Below, piece after piece: positions 1-15,000 of a stretch of 59,733 bases of DNA. The notes beneath the pieces are model-generated. The model saw nothing but the letters and a program-made list of their open reading frames with translations. It was not told where the DNA came from and did not search any database. This DNA comes from Utricularia gibba (lineage: Eukaryota > Plantae > Magnoliophyta). Position numbers and translations under genes: made by a program. Each line of letters begins with the position of its first letter. Positions within the stretch are counted from its first letter, which is position 1. The stretch is from positions 1-59,733 of the forward strand of contig NEEC01000143.1 of the NCBI GenBank assembly GCA_002189035.1, written 5' to 3'.

Positions 1-3000
1 TACACCATGTCTCTAGTGGCTATTTGATTCTTTTGCCGTGTATTTGTTTGCATCAATTTCGAGAACGAGAAGCACATTATTAAACGCAGCCACCAAGGAA
101 GGACACGTAAGAACACTTTTCGTTGTGGTTTGTTTTTTAATATGTCCACAGTTATGGGACAAACGTAACTCCATATTATACTACTTGGAGCACGAATAGG
201 GCTCCCAATGGTGTGCTATGAAGAGTTAGCTCTGCATGTTTTGGAAGAGGTGCTTCGTGGACAGGATGTGCGACATAGTCATTTCATTGCGCATCACCAT
301 TCGGGTGCAGCCGAAAAATCACACGTGCACTGGATTCGTTAAAAGTAAACATTTTTGCGTACCTGGTGTATAATAGTGTTGGGATAAGTGATGCCACGAA
401 ATTCATGATGTAACATGTGACTTTTTCCATCTTGATCGCATATCGATGAAGTTTGACACCATATGTTTTGGCAGTTGATTGATGCAATTAGTTGCCATGA
501 TACTTCTGATTCTTGATACACCATTCCCATACACCATGTCTCTAGTGGCTATTTGATTCTTTTGCCGTGTATCCCATTTGCATCAATTTCGAGAACGAGA
601 AGCACATTATTAAACGCAGCCACCAAGGAAGGACACGTAAGACACTTTTCGTTGTGGTTTGTTTTTAATATGTCCACAGTTATGGGACAAACGTAACTCC
701 AATTATACTACTTGGAGCACGAATAGGGCTTCCCAATGGTGTGCTATGAAGAGTTAGCATCTGCATGTTTTGGAAGAGGTGCTTCGTGGACCAGGATGTG
801 CGACATAGTCATTTCATTGCGCATCACCATTCGGGGTGCAGCCGAAAATCACACGTACTGGATTCGTTAAAAGTAAACATTTTTGCGTACCTGGAGTATA
901 ATAGTGTTGGGATAAGTGATGCCACGAAATTCATGATGTAACATGTGACTTTTTTCCATCTTGATCGCATATCCGATGAAGTTTGACACATATGTTTGGC
1001 TGTTGATTGATGCAATTAGTTGCCATGATACTTCTGATTCTTGATACACCATTCCCATACACCATGTCTCTAGTGGCTATTTGATTCTTTTGCCGTGTAT
1101 CTTGTTTGCATCAATTTCGAGAACGAGAAGCACATTATTAAACGCAGCCACCAAGGAAGGACACGTAAGACACTTTTCGTTGTGGTTTGTTTTTAATATG
1201 TCCACAGTTATGGGACAAACGTAACTCCAATTATACTACTTGGAGCACGAATAGGGCTCCCAATGGTGTGCTGAAGAGTTAGGCTCTGCATGTTTTGGAA
1301 GAGGTGCTTCGTGGACCAGGATGTGCGACATAGTCATTTCATTGCGCATCACCATTCGGGGTGCAGCCGAAAAATCACACGTTTACTGGATTCGTTAAAA
1401 GTAAACATTTTTGCGTACCTGGTGTATAATAGTGTTGGGATAAGTGATGCCACGAAATTCATGATGTAACATGTGACTTTTTTCCATCTTGATCGCATAT
1501 CCGATGAAGTTTGACACCATATGTTTTGGCAGTTGATTGATGCAATTAGTTGCCATGATACTTCTGATTCTTGATACACCATTCCCATACACCATGTCTC
1601 TAGTGGCTATTTGATTCTTTTGCCGTGTATCCATTTGCATCAATTTCGAGAACGAGAAGCACATTATTAAACGCAGCCACCAAGGAAGGACACGTAAGAC
1701 ACTTTTCGTTGTGGTTTGTTTTTAATATGTCCACAGTTATGGGACAAACGTAACTCCAATTATACTACTTGGAGCACGAATAGGGCTCCCAATGGTGTGC
1801 TAGGAAGAGTTAGCTCTGCATGTTTTGGAAGAGGTGCTTCGTGGACCAGGATGTGCGACATAGTCATTTCATTGCGCATCACCATTCGGGTGCAGCCGAA
1901 AAATCACACGTTTACTGGATTCGTTAAAAGTAAACATTTTTGCGTACCTGTGTATAATAGTGTTGGGATAAGTGATGCCACGAAATTCATGATGTAACAT
2001 GTGACTTTTTCCATCTTGATCGCATATCCGATGAAGTTTGACACCATATGTTTGGCAGTTGATTGATGCAATTAGTTGCCATGATACTTCTGATTCTTGA
2101 TACACCATTCCCATACACCATGTCTCTAGTGGCTATTTGATTCTTTTGCCGTGTATCCCATTTGCATCAATTTCGAGAACGAGAAGCACATTATTAAACG
2201 CAGCCACCAAGGAAGGACACGTAAGACACTTTTCGTTGTGGTTTGTTTTTAATATGTCCACAGTTATGGGACAAACGTAACTCCAAATTATACTACTTGG
2301 AGCACGAATAGGGCTTCCCAATGGTGTGCTATGAAGAGTTAGCATCTGCATGTTTTGGAATAGGTGCTTCGTGGACCAGGATGTGCGACCTAGTCATTTC
2401 ATTGCGCATCACCATTCGGGTGCAGCCGAAAAATCACACGTGCACTGGATTCGTTAAAAGTAAACATTTTTGCGTACCTGGAGTATAATAGTGTTGGGAT
2501 AAGTGATGCCACGAAATTCATGATGTAACATGTGACTTTTTCCATCTTGATCGCATATCCGATGAAGTTTGACACATATGTTTGGCTGTTGATTGATGCA
2601 ATTAGTTGCCATGATACTTCTGATTCTTGATGCACCATTCCCATACACCATGTCTCTAGTGGCTATTTGATTTTTTGCCGTGTATCCATTTGCATCAATT
2701 TCGAGAACGAGAAGCACATTATTAAACGCAGCCACCAAGGAAGGACACGTAAGACACTTTTCGTTGTGGTTTGTTTTTAATATGTCCACAGTTATGGGAC
2801 AAACGTAACTCCAAATTATACTACTTGGAGCACGAATAGGGCTTCCCAATGGTGTGCTATGAAGAGTTAGCATCTGCATGTTTTGGAAGAGGTGCTTCGT
2901 GGACCAGGATGTGCGACATAGTCATTTCATTGCGCATCACCATTCGGGGTGCAGCCGAAAAATCACACGTGCACTGGATTCGTTAAAAGTAAACATTTTT

Positions 3001-6000
3001 GCGTACCTGGAGTATAATAGTGTTGGGATAAGTGATGCCACGAAATTCATGATGTAACATGTGACTTTTTCCATCTTGATCGCATATCCGATGAAGTTTG
3101 ACACCATATGTTTTGGCAGTTGATTGATGCAATTAGTTGCCATGATACTTCTGATTCTTGATACACCATTCCCATACACCATGTCTCTAGTGGCTATTTG
3201 ATTCTTTTGCCGTGTATCCCATTTGCATCAATTTCGAGAACGAGAAGCACATTATTAAACGCAGCCCCACAAGGAAGGACACGTAAGACACTTTTCGTTG
3301 TGGTTTGTTTTTAATATGTCCACAGTTATGGACAAACGTAACTCCAATTATACTACTTGGAGCACGAATAGGGCTCCAATGGTGTGCTATGAAGAGTTAG
3401 GCTCTGCATGTTTTGGAAGAGGTGCTTCGTGGACCGGGATGTGCGACATAGTCATTTCATTGCGCATCACCATTCGGGGTGCAGCCGAAAAATCACACGT
3501 TTACTGGATTCGTTAAAAGTAAACATTTTTGCGTACCTGGTGTATAATAGTGTTGGGATAAGTGATGCCACGAAATTCATGATGTAACATGTGACTTTTT
3601 TCCATCTTGATCGCATATCCGATGAAGTTTGACACATATGTTTGGCTGTTGATTGATGCAATTAGTTGCCATGATACTTCTGATTCTTGATACACCATTC
3701 CCATACACCATGTCTCTAGTGGCTATTTGATTCTTTTGCCGTGTATCTTTTGCATCAATTTCGAGAACGAGAAGCACATTATTAAACGCAGCCACCAAGG
3801 AAGGACACGTAAGACACTTTTCGTTGTGGTTTGTTTTTAATATGTCCACAGTTATGGGACAAACGTAACTCCAATTATACTACTTGGAGCACGAATAGGG
3901 CTCCCAATGGTGTGCTATGAAGAGTTAGGCTCTGCATGTTTTGGAAGAGGTGCTTCGTGGACCAGGATGTGCGACCTAGTCATTTCATTGCGCATCACCA
4001 TTCGGGGTGCAGCCGAAAAATCACACGTGCACTGGATTCGTTAAAAGTAAACATTTTTGCGTACCTGGTGTATAATAGTGTTGGGATAAGTGATGCCACG
4101 AAATTCATGATGTAACATGTGACTTTTTCCATTGATCGCATATCCGATGAAGTTTGACACATATGTTTTGGCTGTTGATTGATGCAATTAGTTGCCATGA
4201 TACTTCTGATTCTTGATACACCATTCCCATACACCATGTCTCTAGTGGCTATTTGATTCTTTTGCCGTGTATCCCATTTGCATCAATTTCGAGAACGAGA
4301 AGCACATTATTAAACGCAGCCACCAAGGAAGGACACGTAAGACACTTTTCGTTGTGGTTTGTTTTTAATATGTCCACAGTTATGGACAAACGTAACTCCA
4401 ATTATACTACTTGGAGCACGAATAGGGCTTCCCAATGGTGTGCTATGAAGAGTTAGCATCTGCATGTTTTGGAAGAGGTGCTTCGTGGACCAGGATGTGC
4501 GACTAGTCATTTCATTGCGCATCACCATTCGGGGTGCAGCCGAAAAATCACACGTGCACTGGATTCGTTAAAAGTAAACATTTTTGCGTACCTGGAGTAT
4601 AATAGTGTTGGGATAAGTGATGCCACGAAATTCATGATGTAACATGTGACTTTTTTCCATCTTGATCGCATATCCGATGAAGTTTGACACCATATGTTTG
4701 GCAGTTGATTGATGCAATTAGTTGCCATGATACTTCTGATTCTTGATACACCATTCCCATACACCATGTCTCTAGTGGCTATTTGATTCTTTTGCCGTGT
4801 ATCCCATTTGCATCAATTTCGAGAACGAGAAGCACATTATTAAACGCAGCCACCAAGGAAGGACACGTAAGACACTTTTCGTTGTGGTTTGTTTTTAATA
4901 TGTCCACAGTTATGGGACAAACGTAACTCCAAATTATACTACTTGGAGCACGAATAGGGCTTCCCAATGGTGTGCTATGAAGTTAGCATCTGCATGTTTT
5001 GGAAGAGGTGCTTCGTGGACCAGGATGTGCGACATAGTCATTTCATTGCGCATCACCATTCGGGGTGCAGCCGAAAAATCACACGTGCACTGGATTCGTT
5101 AAAAGTAAACATTTTTGCGTACCTGGTGTATAATAGTGTTGGGATAAGTGATGCCACGAAATTCATGATGTAACATGTGACTTTTTTCCATCTTGATCGC
5201 ATATCCGATGAAGTTTGACACCATATGTTTGGCTGTTGATTGATGCAATTAGTTGCCATGATACTTCTGATTCTTGATACACCATTCCCATACACCATGT
5301 CTCTAGTGGCTATTTGATTCTTTTGCCGTGTATTTTGCATCAATTTCGAGAACGAGAAGCACATTATTAAACGCAGCCACCAAGGAAGGACACGTAAGAC
5401 ACTTTTCGTTGTGGTTTGTTTTTAATATGTCCACAGTTATGGGACAAACGTAACTCCAATTATACTACTTGGAGCACGAATAGGGCTTCCCAATGGTGTG
5501 CTATGAAGAGTTAGCATCTGCATGTTTTGGAAGAGGTGCTTCGTGGACCAGGATGTGCGACATAGTCATTTCATTGCGCATCACCATTCGGGTGCAGCCG
5601 AAAAATCACACGTGCACTGGATTCGTTAAAAGTAAACATTTTTGCGTACCTGGAGTATAATAGTGTTGGGATAAGTGATGCCACGAAATTCATGATGTAA
5701 CATGTGACTTTTTCCATCTTGATCGCATATCCGATGAAGTTTGACACCATATGTTTTGGCTGTTGATTGATGCAATTAGTTGCCATGATACTTCTGATTC
5801 TTGATACACCATTCCCATACACCATGTCTCTAGTGGCTATTTGATTCTTTTGCCGTGTATCCCATTTGCATCAATTTCGAGAACGAGAAGCACATTATTA
5901 AACGCAGCCACCAAGGAAGGACACGTAAGACACTTTTCGTTGTGGTTTGTTTTTAATATGTCCACAGTTATGGGACAAACGTAACTCCAATTATACTACT

Positions 6001-9000
6001 TGGAGCACGAATAGGCTGCCCAATGGTGTGCTAGGAAGAGTTAGGCTCTGCATGTTTTGGAAGAGGTGCTTCGTGGACCGGATGTGCGACATAGTCATTT
6101 CATTGCGCATCACCATTCGGGTGCAGCCGAAAAATCACACGTTTACTGGATTCGTTAAAAGTAAACATTTTTGCGTACCTGGTGTATAATAGTGTTGGGA
6201 TAAGTGATGCCACGAAATTCATGATGTAACATGTGACTTTTTCCATCTTGATCGCATATCCGATGAAGTTTGACACCATATGTTTTGGCAGTTGATTGAT
6301 GCAATTAGTTGCCATGATACTTCTGATTCTTGATACACCATTCCCATACACCATGTCTCTAGTGGCTATTTGATTCTTTTGCCGTGTATCCCATTTGCAT
6401 CAATTTCGAGAACGAGAAGCACATTATTAAACGCAGCCACCAAGGAAGGACACGTAAGACACTTTTCGTTGTGGTTTGTTTTTAATATGTCCACAGTTAT
6501 GGGACAAACGTAACTCCAATTATACTACTTGGAGCACGAATAGGGCTCCCAATGGTGTGCTATGAAGAGTTAGGCATCTGCATGTTTGGAAGAGGTGCTT
6601 CGTGGACCAGGATGTGCGACATAGTCATTTCATTGCGCATCACCATTCGGGGTGCAGCCGAAAAATCACACGTGCACTGGATTCGTTAAAAGTAAACATT
6701 TTTGCGTACCTGGAGTATAATAGTGTTGGGATAAGTGATGCCACGAAATTCATGATGTAACATGTGACTTTTTTCCATCTTGATCGCATATCCGATGAAG
6801 TTTGACACATATGTTTGGCTGTTGATTGATTCAATTAGTTGCCATGATACTTCTGATTCTTGACACCATTCCCATACACCATGTCTCTAGTGGCTATTTG
6901 ATTCTTTTGCCGTGTATCTTGTTTGCATCAATTTCGAGAACGAGAAGCACATTATTAAACGCAGCCACCAAGGAAGGACACGTAAGACACTTTTCGTTGT
7001 GGTTTGTTTTTAATATGTCCACAGTTATGGGACAAACGTAACTCCAAATTATACTACTTGGAGCACGAATAGGGCTTCCCAATGGTGTGCTATGAAGAGT
7101 TAGCATCTGCATGTTTTGGAAGAGGTGCTTCGTGGACCAGGATGTGCGACATAGTCATTTCATTGCGCATCACCATTCGGGTGCAGCCGAAAAATCACAC
7201 GTGCACTGGATTCGTTAAAAGTAAACATTTTTGCGTACCTGGTGTATAATAGTGTTGGGATAAGTGATGCCACGAAATTCATGATGTAACATGTGACTTT
7301 TTTCCATCTTGATCGCATATCCGATGAAGTTTGACACCATATGTTTTGGCTGTTGATTGATGCAATTAGTTGCCATGATACTTCTGATTCTTGATACACC
7401 ATTCCCATACACCATGTCTCTAGTGGCTATTTGATTCTTTTGCCGTGTATCCCATTTGCATCAATTTCGAGAACGAGAAGCACATTATTAAACGCAGCCA
7501 CCAAGGAAGGACACGTAAGACACTTTTCGTTGTGGTTTGTTTTTAATATGTCCACAGTTATGGGACAAACGTAACTCCAATTATACTACTTGGAGCACGA
7601 ATAGGGCTCCCAATGGTGTGCTATGAAGAGTTAGCTCTGCATGTTTTGGAAGAGGTGCTTCGTGGACCAGGATGTGCGACATAGTCATTTCATTGCGCAT
7701 CACCATTCGGGGTGCAGCCGAAAAATCACACGTGCACTGGATTCGTTAAAAGTAAACATTTTTGCGTACCTGGAGTATAATAGTGTTGGGATAAGTGATG
7801 CCACGAAATTCATGATGTAACATGTGACTTTTTTCCATCTTGATCGCATATCCGATGAAGTTTGACACCATATGTTTTGGCAGTTGATTGATGCAATTAG
7901 TTGCCATGATACTTCTGATTCTTGATACACCATTCCCATACACCATGTCTCTAGTGGCTATTTGATTCTTTTGCCGTGTATCCCATTTGCATCAATTTCG
8001 AGAACGAGAAGCACATTATTAAACGCAGCCACCAAGGAAGGACACGTAAGACACTTTTCGTTGTGGTTTGTTTTTAATATGTCCACAGTTATGGGACAAA
8101 CGTAACTCCAATTATACTACTTGGAGCACGAATAGGGCTTCCCAATGGTGTGCTATGAAGAGTTAGCTCTGCATGTTTTGGAAGAGGTGCTTCGTGGACC
8201 AGGATGTGCGACATAGTCATTTCATTGCGCATCACCATTCGGGGTGCAGCCGAAAAATCACACGTTTACTGGATTCGTTAAAAGTAAACATTTTTGCGTA
8301 CCTGGAGTATAATAGTGTTGGGATAAGTGATGCCACGAAATTCATGATGTAACATGTGACTTTTTCCATCTTGATCGCATATCCGATGAAGTTTGACACC
8401 ATATGTTTTGGCTGTTGATTGATGCAATTAGTTGCCATGATACTTCTGATTCTTGATACACCATTCCCATACACCATGTCTCTAGTGGCTATTTGATTCT
8501 TTTGCCGTGTATCCCATTTGCATCAATTTCGAGAACGAGAAGCACATTATTAAACGCAGCCACCAAGGAAGGACACGTAAGACACTTTTCGTTGTGGTTT
8601 GTTTTTAATATGTCCGCAGTTATGGGACAAACGTAACTCCAAATTATACTACTTGGAGCACGAATAGGGCTTCCCAATGGTGTGCTATGAAGAGTTAGCA
8701 TCTGCATGTTTTGGAAGAGGTGCTTCGTGGACCAGGATGTGCGACCTAGTCATTTCATTGCGCATCACCATTCGGGGTGCAGCCGAAAAATCACACGTGC
8801 ACTGGATTCGTTAAAAGTAAACATTTTTGCGTACCTGGAGTATAATAGTGTTGGGATAAGTGATGCCACGAAATTCATGATGTAACATGTGACTTTTTTC
8901 CATCTTGATCGCATATCCGATGAAGTTTGACACATATGTTTGGCTGTTGATTGATGCAATTAGTTGCCATGATACTTCTGATTCTTGATACACCATTCCC

Positions 9001-12000
9001 ATACACCATGTCTCTAGTGGCTATTTGATTCTTTTGCCGTGTATCTTGTTTGCATCAATTTCGAGAACGAGAAGCACATTATTAAACGCAGCCACCAAGG
9101 AAGGACACGTAAGACACTTTTCGTTGTGGTTTGTTTTTAATATGTCCACAGTTATGGGACAAACGTAACTCCAATTATACTACTTGGAGCACGAATAGGG
9201 CTTCCCAATGGTGTGCTATGAAGAGTTAGCTCTGCATGTTTTGGAAGAGGTGCTTCGTGGACCAGGATGTGCGACATAGTCATTTCATTGCGCATCACCA
9301 TTCGGGTGCAGCCGAAAAATCACACGTTTACTGGATTCGTTAAAAGTAAACATTTTTGCGTACCTGGAGTATAATAGTGTTGGGATAAGTGATGCCACGA
9401 AATTCATGATGTAACATGTGACTTTTTCCATCTTGATCGCATATCCGATGAAGTTTGACACATATGTTTTGGCAGTTGATTGATGCAATTAGTTGCCATG
9501 ATACTTCTGATTCTTGATACACCATTCCCATACACCATGTCTCTAGTGGCTATTTGATTCTTTTGCCGTGTATTTTTGCATCAATTTCGAGAACGAGAAG
9601 CACATTATTAAACGCAGCCACCAAGGAAGGACACGTAAGACACTTTTCGTTGTGGTTTGTTTTTAATATGTCCACAGTTATGGGACAAACGTAACTCCAA
9701 ATTATACTACTTGGAGCACGAATAGGGCTTCCCAATGGTGTGCTATGAAGAGTTAGGCTCTGCATGTTTTGGAAGAGGTGCTTCGTGGACCAGGATGTGC
9801 GACATAGTCATTTCATTGCGCATCACCATTCGGGGTGCAGCCGAAAAATCACACGTGCACTGGATTCGTTAAAAGTAAACATTTTTGCGTACCTGGTGTA
9901 TAATAGTGGGATAAGTGATGCCACGAAATTCATGATGTAACATGTGACTTTTTCCATCTTGATCGCATATCCGATGAAGTTTGACACCATATGTTTTGGC
10001 TGTTGATTGATGCAATTAGTTGCCATGATACTTCTGATTCTTGATACACCATTCCCATACACCATGTCTCTAGTGGCTATTTGATTCTTTTGCCGTGTAT
10101 CTTGTTTGCATCAATTTCGAGAACGAGAAGCACATTATTAAACGCAGCCACCAAGGAAGGACACGTAAGACACTTTTCGTTGTGGTTTGTTTTTAATATG
10201 TCCACAGTTATGGACAAACGTAACTCCATATTATACTACTTGGAGCACGAATAGGGGCCCAATGGTGTGCTAGGAAGAGTTAGCTCTGCATGTTTTGGAA
10301 GAGGTGCTTCGTGGACCAGGATGTGCGACATAGTCATTTCATTGCGCATCACCATTCGGGGTGCAGCCGAAAAATCACACGTGCACTGGATTCGTTAAAA
10401 GTAAACATTTTTGCGTACCTGGAGTATAATAGTGTTGGGATAAGTGATGCCACGAAATTCATGATGTAACATGTGACTTTTTTCCATCTTGATCGCATAT
10501 CCGATGAAGTTTGACACATATGTTTGGCTGTTGATTGATGCAATTAGTTGCCATGATACTTCTGATTCTTGATACACCATTCCCATACACCATGTCTCTA
10601 GTGGCTATTTGATTCTTTTGCCGTGTATCCTTGTTTGCATCAATTTCGAGAACGAGAAGCACATTATTAAACGCAGCCACCAAGGAAGGACACGTAAGAC
10701 ACTTTTCGTTGTGGTTTGTTTTTAATATGTCCACAGTTATGGGACAAACGTAACTCCAATTATACTACTTGGAGCACGAATAGGGCTCCCAATGGTGTGC
10801 TATGAAGAGTTAGCTCTGCATGTTTTGGAAGAGGTGCTTCGTGGACCAGGATGTGCGACATAGTCATTTCATTGCGCATCACCATTCGGGGTGCAGCCGA
10901 AAAATCACACGTTACTGGATTCGTTAAAAGTAAACATTTTTGCGTACCTGGTGTATAATAGTGTTGGGATAAGTGATGCCACGAAATTCATGATGTAACA
11001 TGTGACTTTTTCCATCTTGATCGCATATCCGATGAAGTTTGACACCATATGTTTTGGCTGTTGATTGATGCAATTAGTTGCCATGATACTTCTGATTCTT
11101 GATACACCATTCCCATACACCATGTCTCTAGTGGCTATTTGATTCTTTTGCCGTGTATCATTTGCATCAATTTCGAGAACGAGAAGCACATTATTAAACG
11201 CAGCCACCAAGGAAGGACACGTAAGACACTTTTCGTTGTGGTTTGTTTTTAATATGTCCACAGTTATGGGACAAACGTAACTCCAATTATACTACTTGGA
11301 GCACGAATAGGGCTCCCAATGGTGTGCTATGAAGAGTTAGCTCTGCATGTTTTGGAAGAGGTGCTTCGTGGACCAGGATGTGCGACATAGTCATTTCATT
11401 GCGCATCACCATTCGGGGTGCAGCCGAAAAATCACACGTGCACTGGATTCGTTAAAAGTAAACATTTTTGCGTACCTGGTGTATAATAGTGTTGGGATAA
11501 GTGATGCCACGAAATTCATGATGTAACATGTGACTTTTTCCATCTTGATCGCATATCCGATGAAGTTTGACACCATATGTTTTTGGCTGTTGATTGATGC
11601 AATTAGTTGCCATGATACTTCTGATTCTTGATACACCATTCCCATACACCATGTCTCTAGTGGCTATTTGATTCTTTTGCCGTGTATCATTTGCATCAAT
11701 TTCGAGAACGAGAAGCACATTATTAAACGCAGCCACCAAGGAAGGACACGTAAGACACTTTTCGTTGTGGTTTGTTTTTAATATGTCCAAGTTATGGGAC
11801 AAACGTAACTCCAATTATACTACTTGGAGCACGAATAGGGCTTCCCAATGGTGTGCTATGAAGAGTTAGCATCTGCATGTTTTGGAAGAGGTGCTTCGTG
11901 GACCAGGATGTGCGACATAGTCATTTCATTGCGCATCACCATTCGGGTGCAGCCGAAAAATCACACGTGCACTGGATTCGTTAAAAGTAAACATTTTTGC

Positions 12001-15000
12001 GTACCTGGTGTATAATAGTGTTGGGATAAGTGATGCCACGAAATTCATGATGTAACATGTGACTTTTTCCATCTTGATCGCATATCCGATGAAGTTTGAC
12101 ACCATATGTTTGGCTGTTGATTGATGCAATTAGTTGCCATGATACTTCTGATTCTTGATACACCATTCCCATACACCATGTCTCTAGTGGCTATTTGATT
12201 CTTTTGCCGTGTATCCCATTTGCATCAATTTCGAGAACGAGAAGCACATTATTAAACGCAGCCACCAAGGAAGGACACGTAAGACACTTTTCGTTGTGGT
12301 TTTTTTTTAATATGTCCACAGTTATGGGACAAACGTAACTCCATATTATTACTTGGAGCACGAATAGGGCTTCCCAATGGTGTGCTATGAAGAGTTAGGC
12401 TCTGCATGTTTTGGAAGAGGTGCTTCGTGGACCAGGATGTGCGACATAGTCATTTCATTGCGCATCACCATTCGGGTGCAGCCGAAAAATCACACGTGCA
12501 CTGGATTCGTTAAAAGTAAACATTTTTGCGTACCTGGAGTATAAATAGTGTTGGGATAAGTGATGCCACGAAATTCATGATGTAACATGTGACTTTTTTC
12601 CATCTTGATCGCATATCCGATGAAGTTTGACACCATATGTTTTGGCAGTTGATTGATGCAATTAGTTGCCATGATACTTCTGATTCTTGATACACCATTC
12701 CCATACACCATGTCTCTAGTGGCTATTTGATTCTTTTGCCGTGTATCCATTTGCATCAATTTCGAGAACGAGAAGCACATTATTAAACGCAGCCACCAAG
12801 GAAGGACACGTAAGACACTTTTCGTTGTGGTTGTTTTTTAATATGTCCACAGTTATGGGACAAACGTAACTCCAAATTATACTACTTGGAGCACGAATAG
12901 GGCTTCCCAATGGTGTGCTATGAAGAGTTAGCATCTGCATGTTTTGGAATAGGTGCTTCGTGGACCAGGATGTGCGACCTAGTCATTTCATTGCGCATCA
13001 CCATTCGGGGTGCAGCCGAAAAATCACACGTGCACTGGATTCGTTAAAAGTAAACATTTTTGCGTACCTGGAGTATAATAGTGTTGGGATAAGTGATGCC
13101 ACGAAATTCATGATGTAACATGTGACTTTTTTCCATCTTGATCGCATATCCGATGAAGTTTGACACATATGTTTGGCTGTTGATTGATTCAATTAGTTGC
13201 CATGATACTTCTGATTCTTGATACACCATTCCCATACACCATGTCTCTAGTGGCTATTTGATTCTTTTGCCGTGTATCCTTTGCATCAATTTCGAGAACG
13301 AGAAGCACATTATTAAACGCAGCCACCAAGGAAGGACACGTAAGACACTTTTCGTTGTGGTTTGTTTTTAATATGTCCACAGTTATGGGACAAACGTAAC
13401 TCCAAATTATACTACTTGGAGCACGAATAGGGCTTCCCAATGGTGTGCTATGAAGAGTTAGCATCTGCATGTTTTGGAAGAGGTGCTTCGTGGACCAGGA
13501 TGTGCGACCTAGTCATTTCATTGCGCATCACCATTCGGGTGCAGCCGAAAAATCACACGTGCACTGGATTCGTTAAAAGTAAACATTTTTGCGTACCTGG
13601 AGTATAATAGTGTTGGGATAAGTGATGCCACGAAATTCATGATGTAACATGTGACTTTTTCCATCTTGATCGCATATCCGATGAAGTTTGACACATATGT
13701 TTGGCTGTTGATTGATTCAATTAGTTGCCATGATACTTCTGATTCTTGATACACCATTCCCATACACCATGTCTCTAGTGGCTATTTGATTCTTTTGCCG
13801 TGTATCTTGTTTGCATCAATTTCGAGAACGAGAAGCACATTATTAAACGCAGCCACCAAGGAAGGACACGTAAGACACTTTTCGTTGTGGTTTGTTTTTA
13901 ATATGTCCACAGTTATGGGACAAACGTAACTCCAATTATACTACTTGGAGCACGAATAGGGCTCCCAATGGTGTGCTATGAAGAGTTAGCATCTGCATGT
14001 TTTGGAAGAGGTGCTTCGTGGACCAGGATGTGCGACATAGTCATTTCATTGCGCATCACCATTCGGGTGCAGCCGAAAAATCACACGTGCACTGGATTCG
14101 TTAAAAGTAAACATTTTTGCGTACCTGGTGTATAATAGTGTTGGGATAAGTGATGCCACGAAATTCATGATGTAACATGTGACTTTTTTCCATCTTGATC
14201 GCATATCCGATGAAGTTTGACACCATATGTTTTGGCAGTTGATTGATGCAATTAGTTGCCATGATACTTCTGATTCTTGATACACCATTCCCATACACCA
14301 TGTCTCTAGTGGCTATTTGATTCTTTTGCCGTGTATCCCATTTGCATCAATTTCGAGAACGAGAAGCACATTATTAAACGCAGCCACCAAGGAAGGACAC
14401 GTAAGACACTTTTCGTTTGTGGTTTGTTTTTAATATGTCCACAGTTATGGGACAAACGTAACTCCAAATTATACTACTTGGAGCACGAATAGGGCTTCCC
14501 AATGGTGTGCTATGAAGAGTTAGCATCTGCATGTTTTGGAAGAGGTGCTTCGTGGACCAGGATGTGCGACATAGTCATTTCATTGCGCATCACCATTCGG
14601 GGTGCAGCCGAAAAATCACACGTGCACTGGATTCGTTAAAAGTAAACATTTTTGCGTACCTGGAGTATAATAGTGTTGGATAAGTGATGCCACGAAATTC
14701 ATGATGTAACATGTGACTTTTTTCCATCTTGATCGCATATCCGATGAAGTTTGACACAATATGTTTCGGCTGTTGATTGATTCAATTAGTTGCCATGATA
14801 CTTCTGATTCTTGATACACCATTCCCATACACCATGTCTCTAGTGGCTATTTGATTCTTTTGCCGTGTATCCCATTTGCATCAATTTCGAGAACGAGAAG
14901 CACATTATTAAACGCAGCCACCAAGGAAGGACACGTAAGACACTTTTCGTTGTGGTTTGTTTTTAATATGTCCACAGTTATGGGACAAACGTAACTCCAA

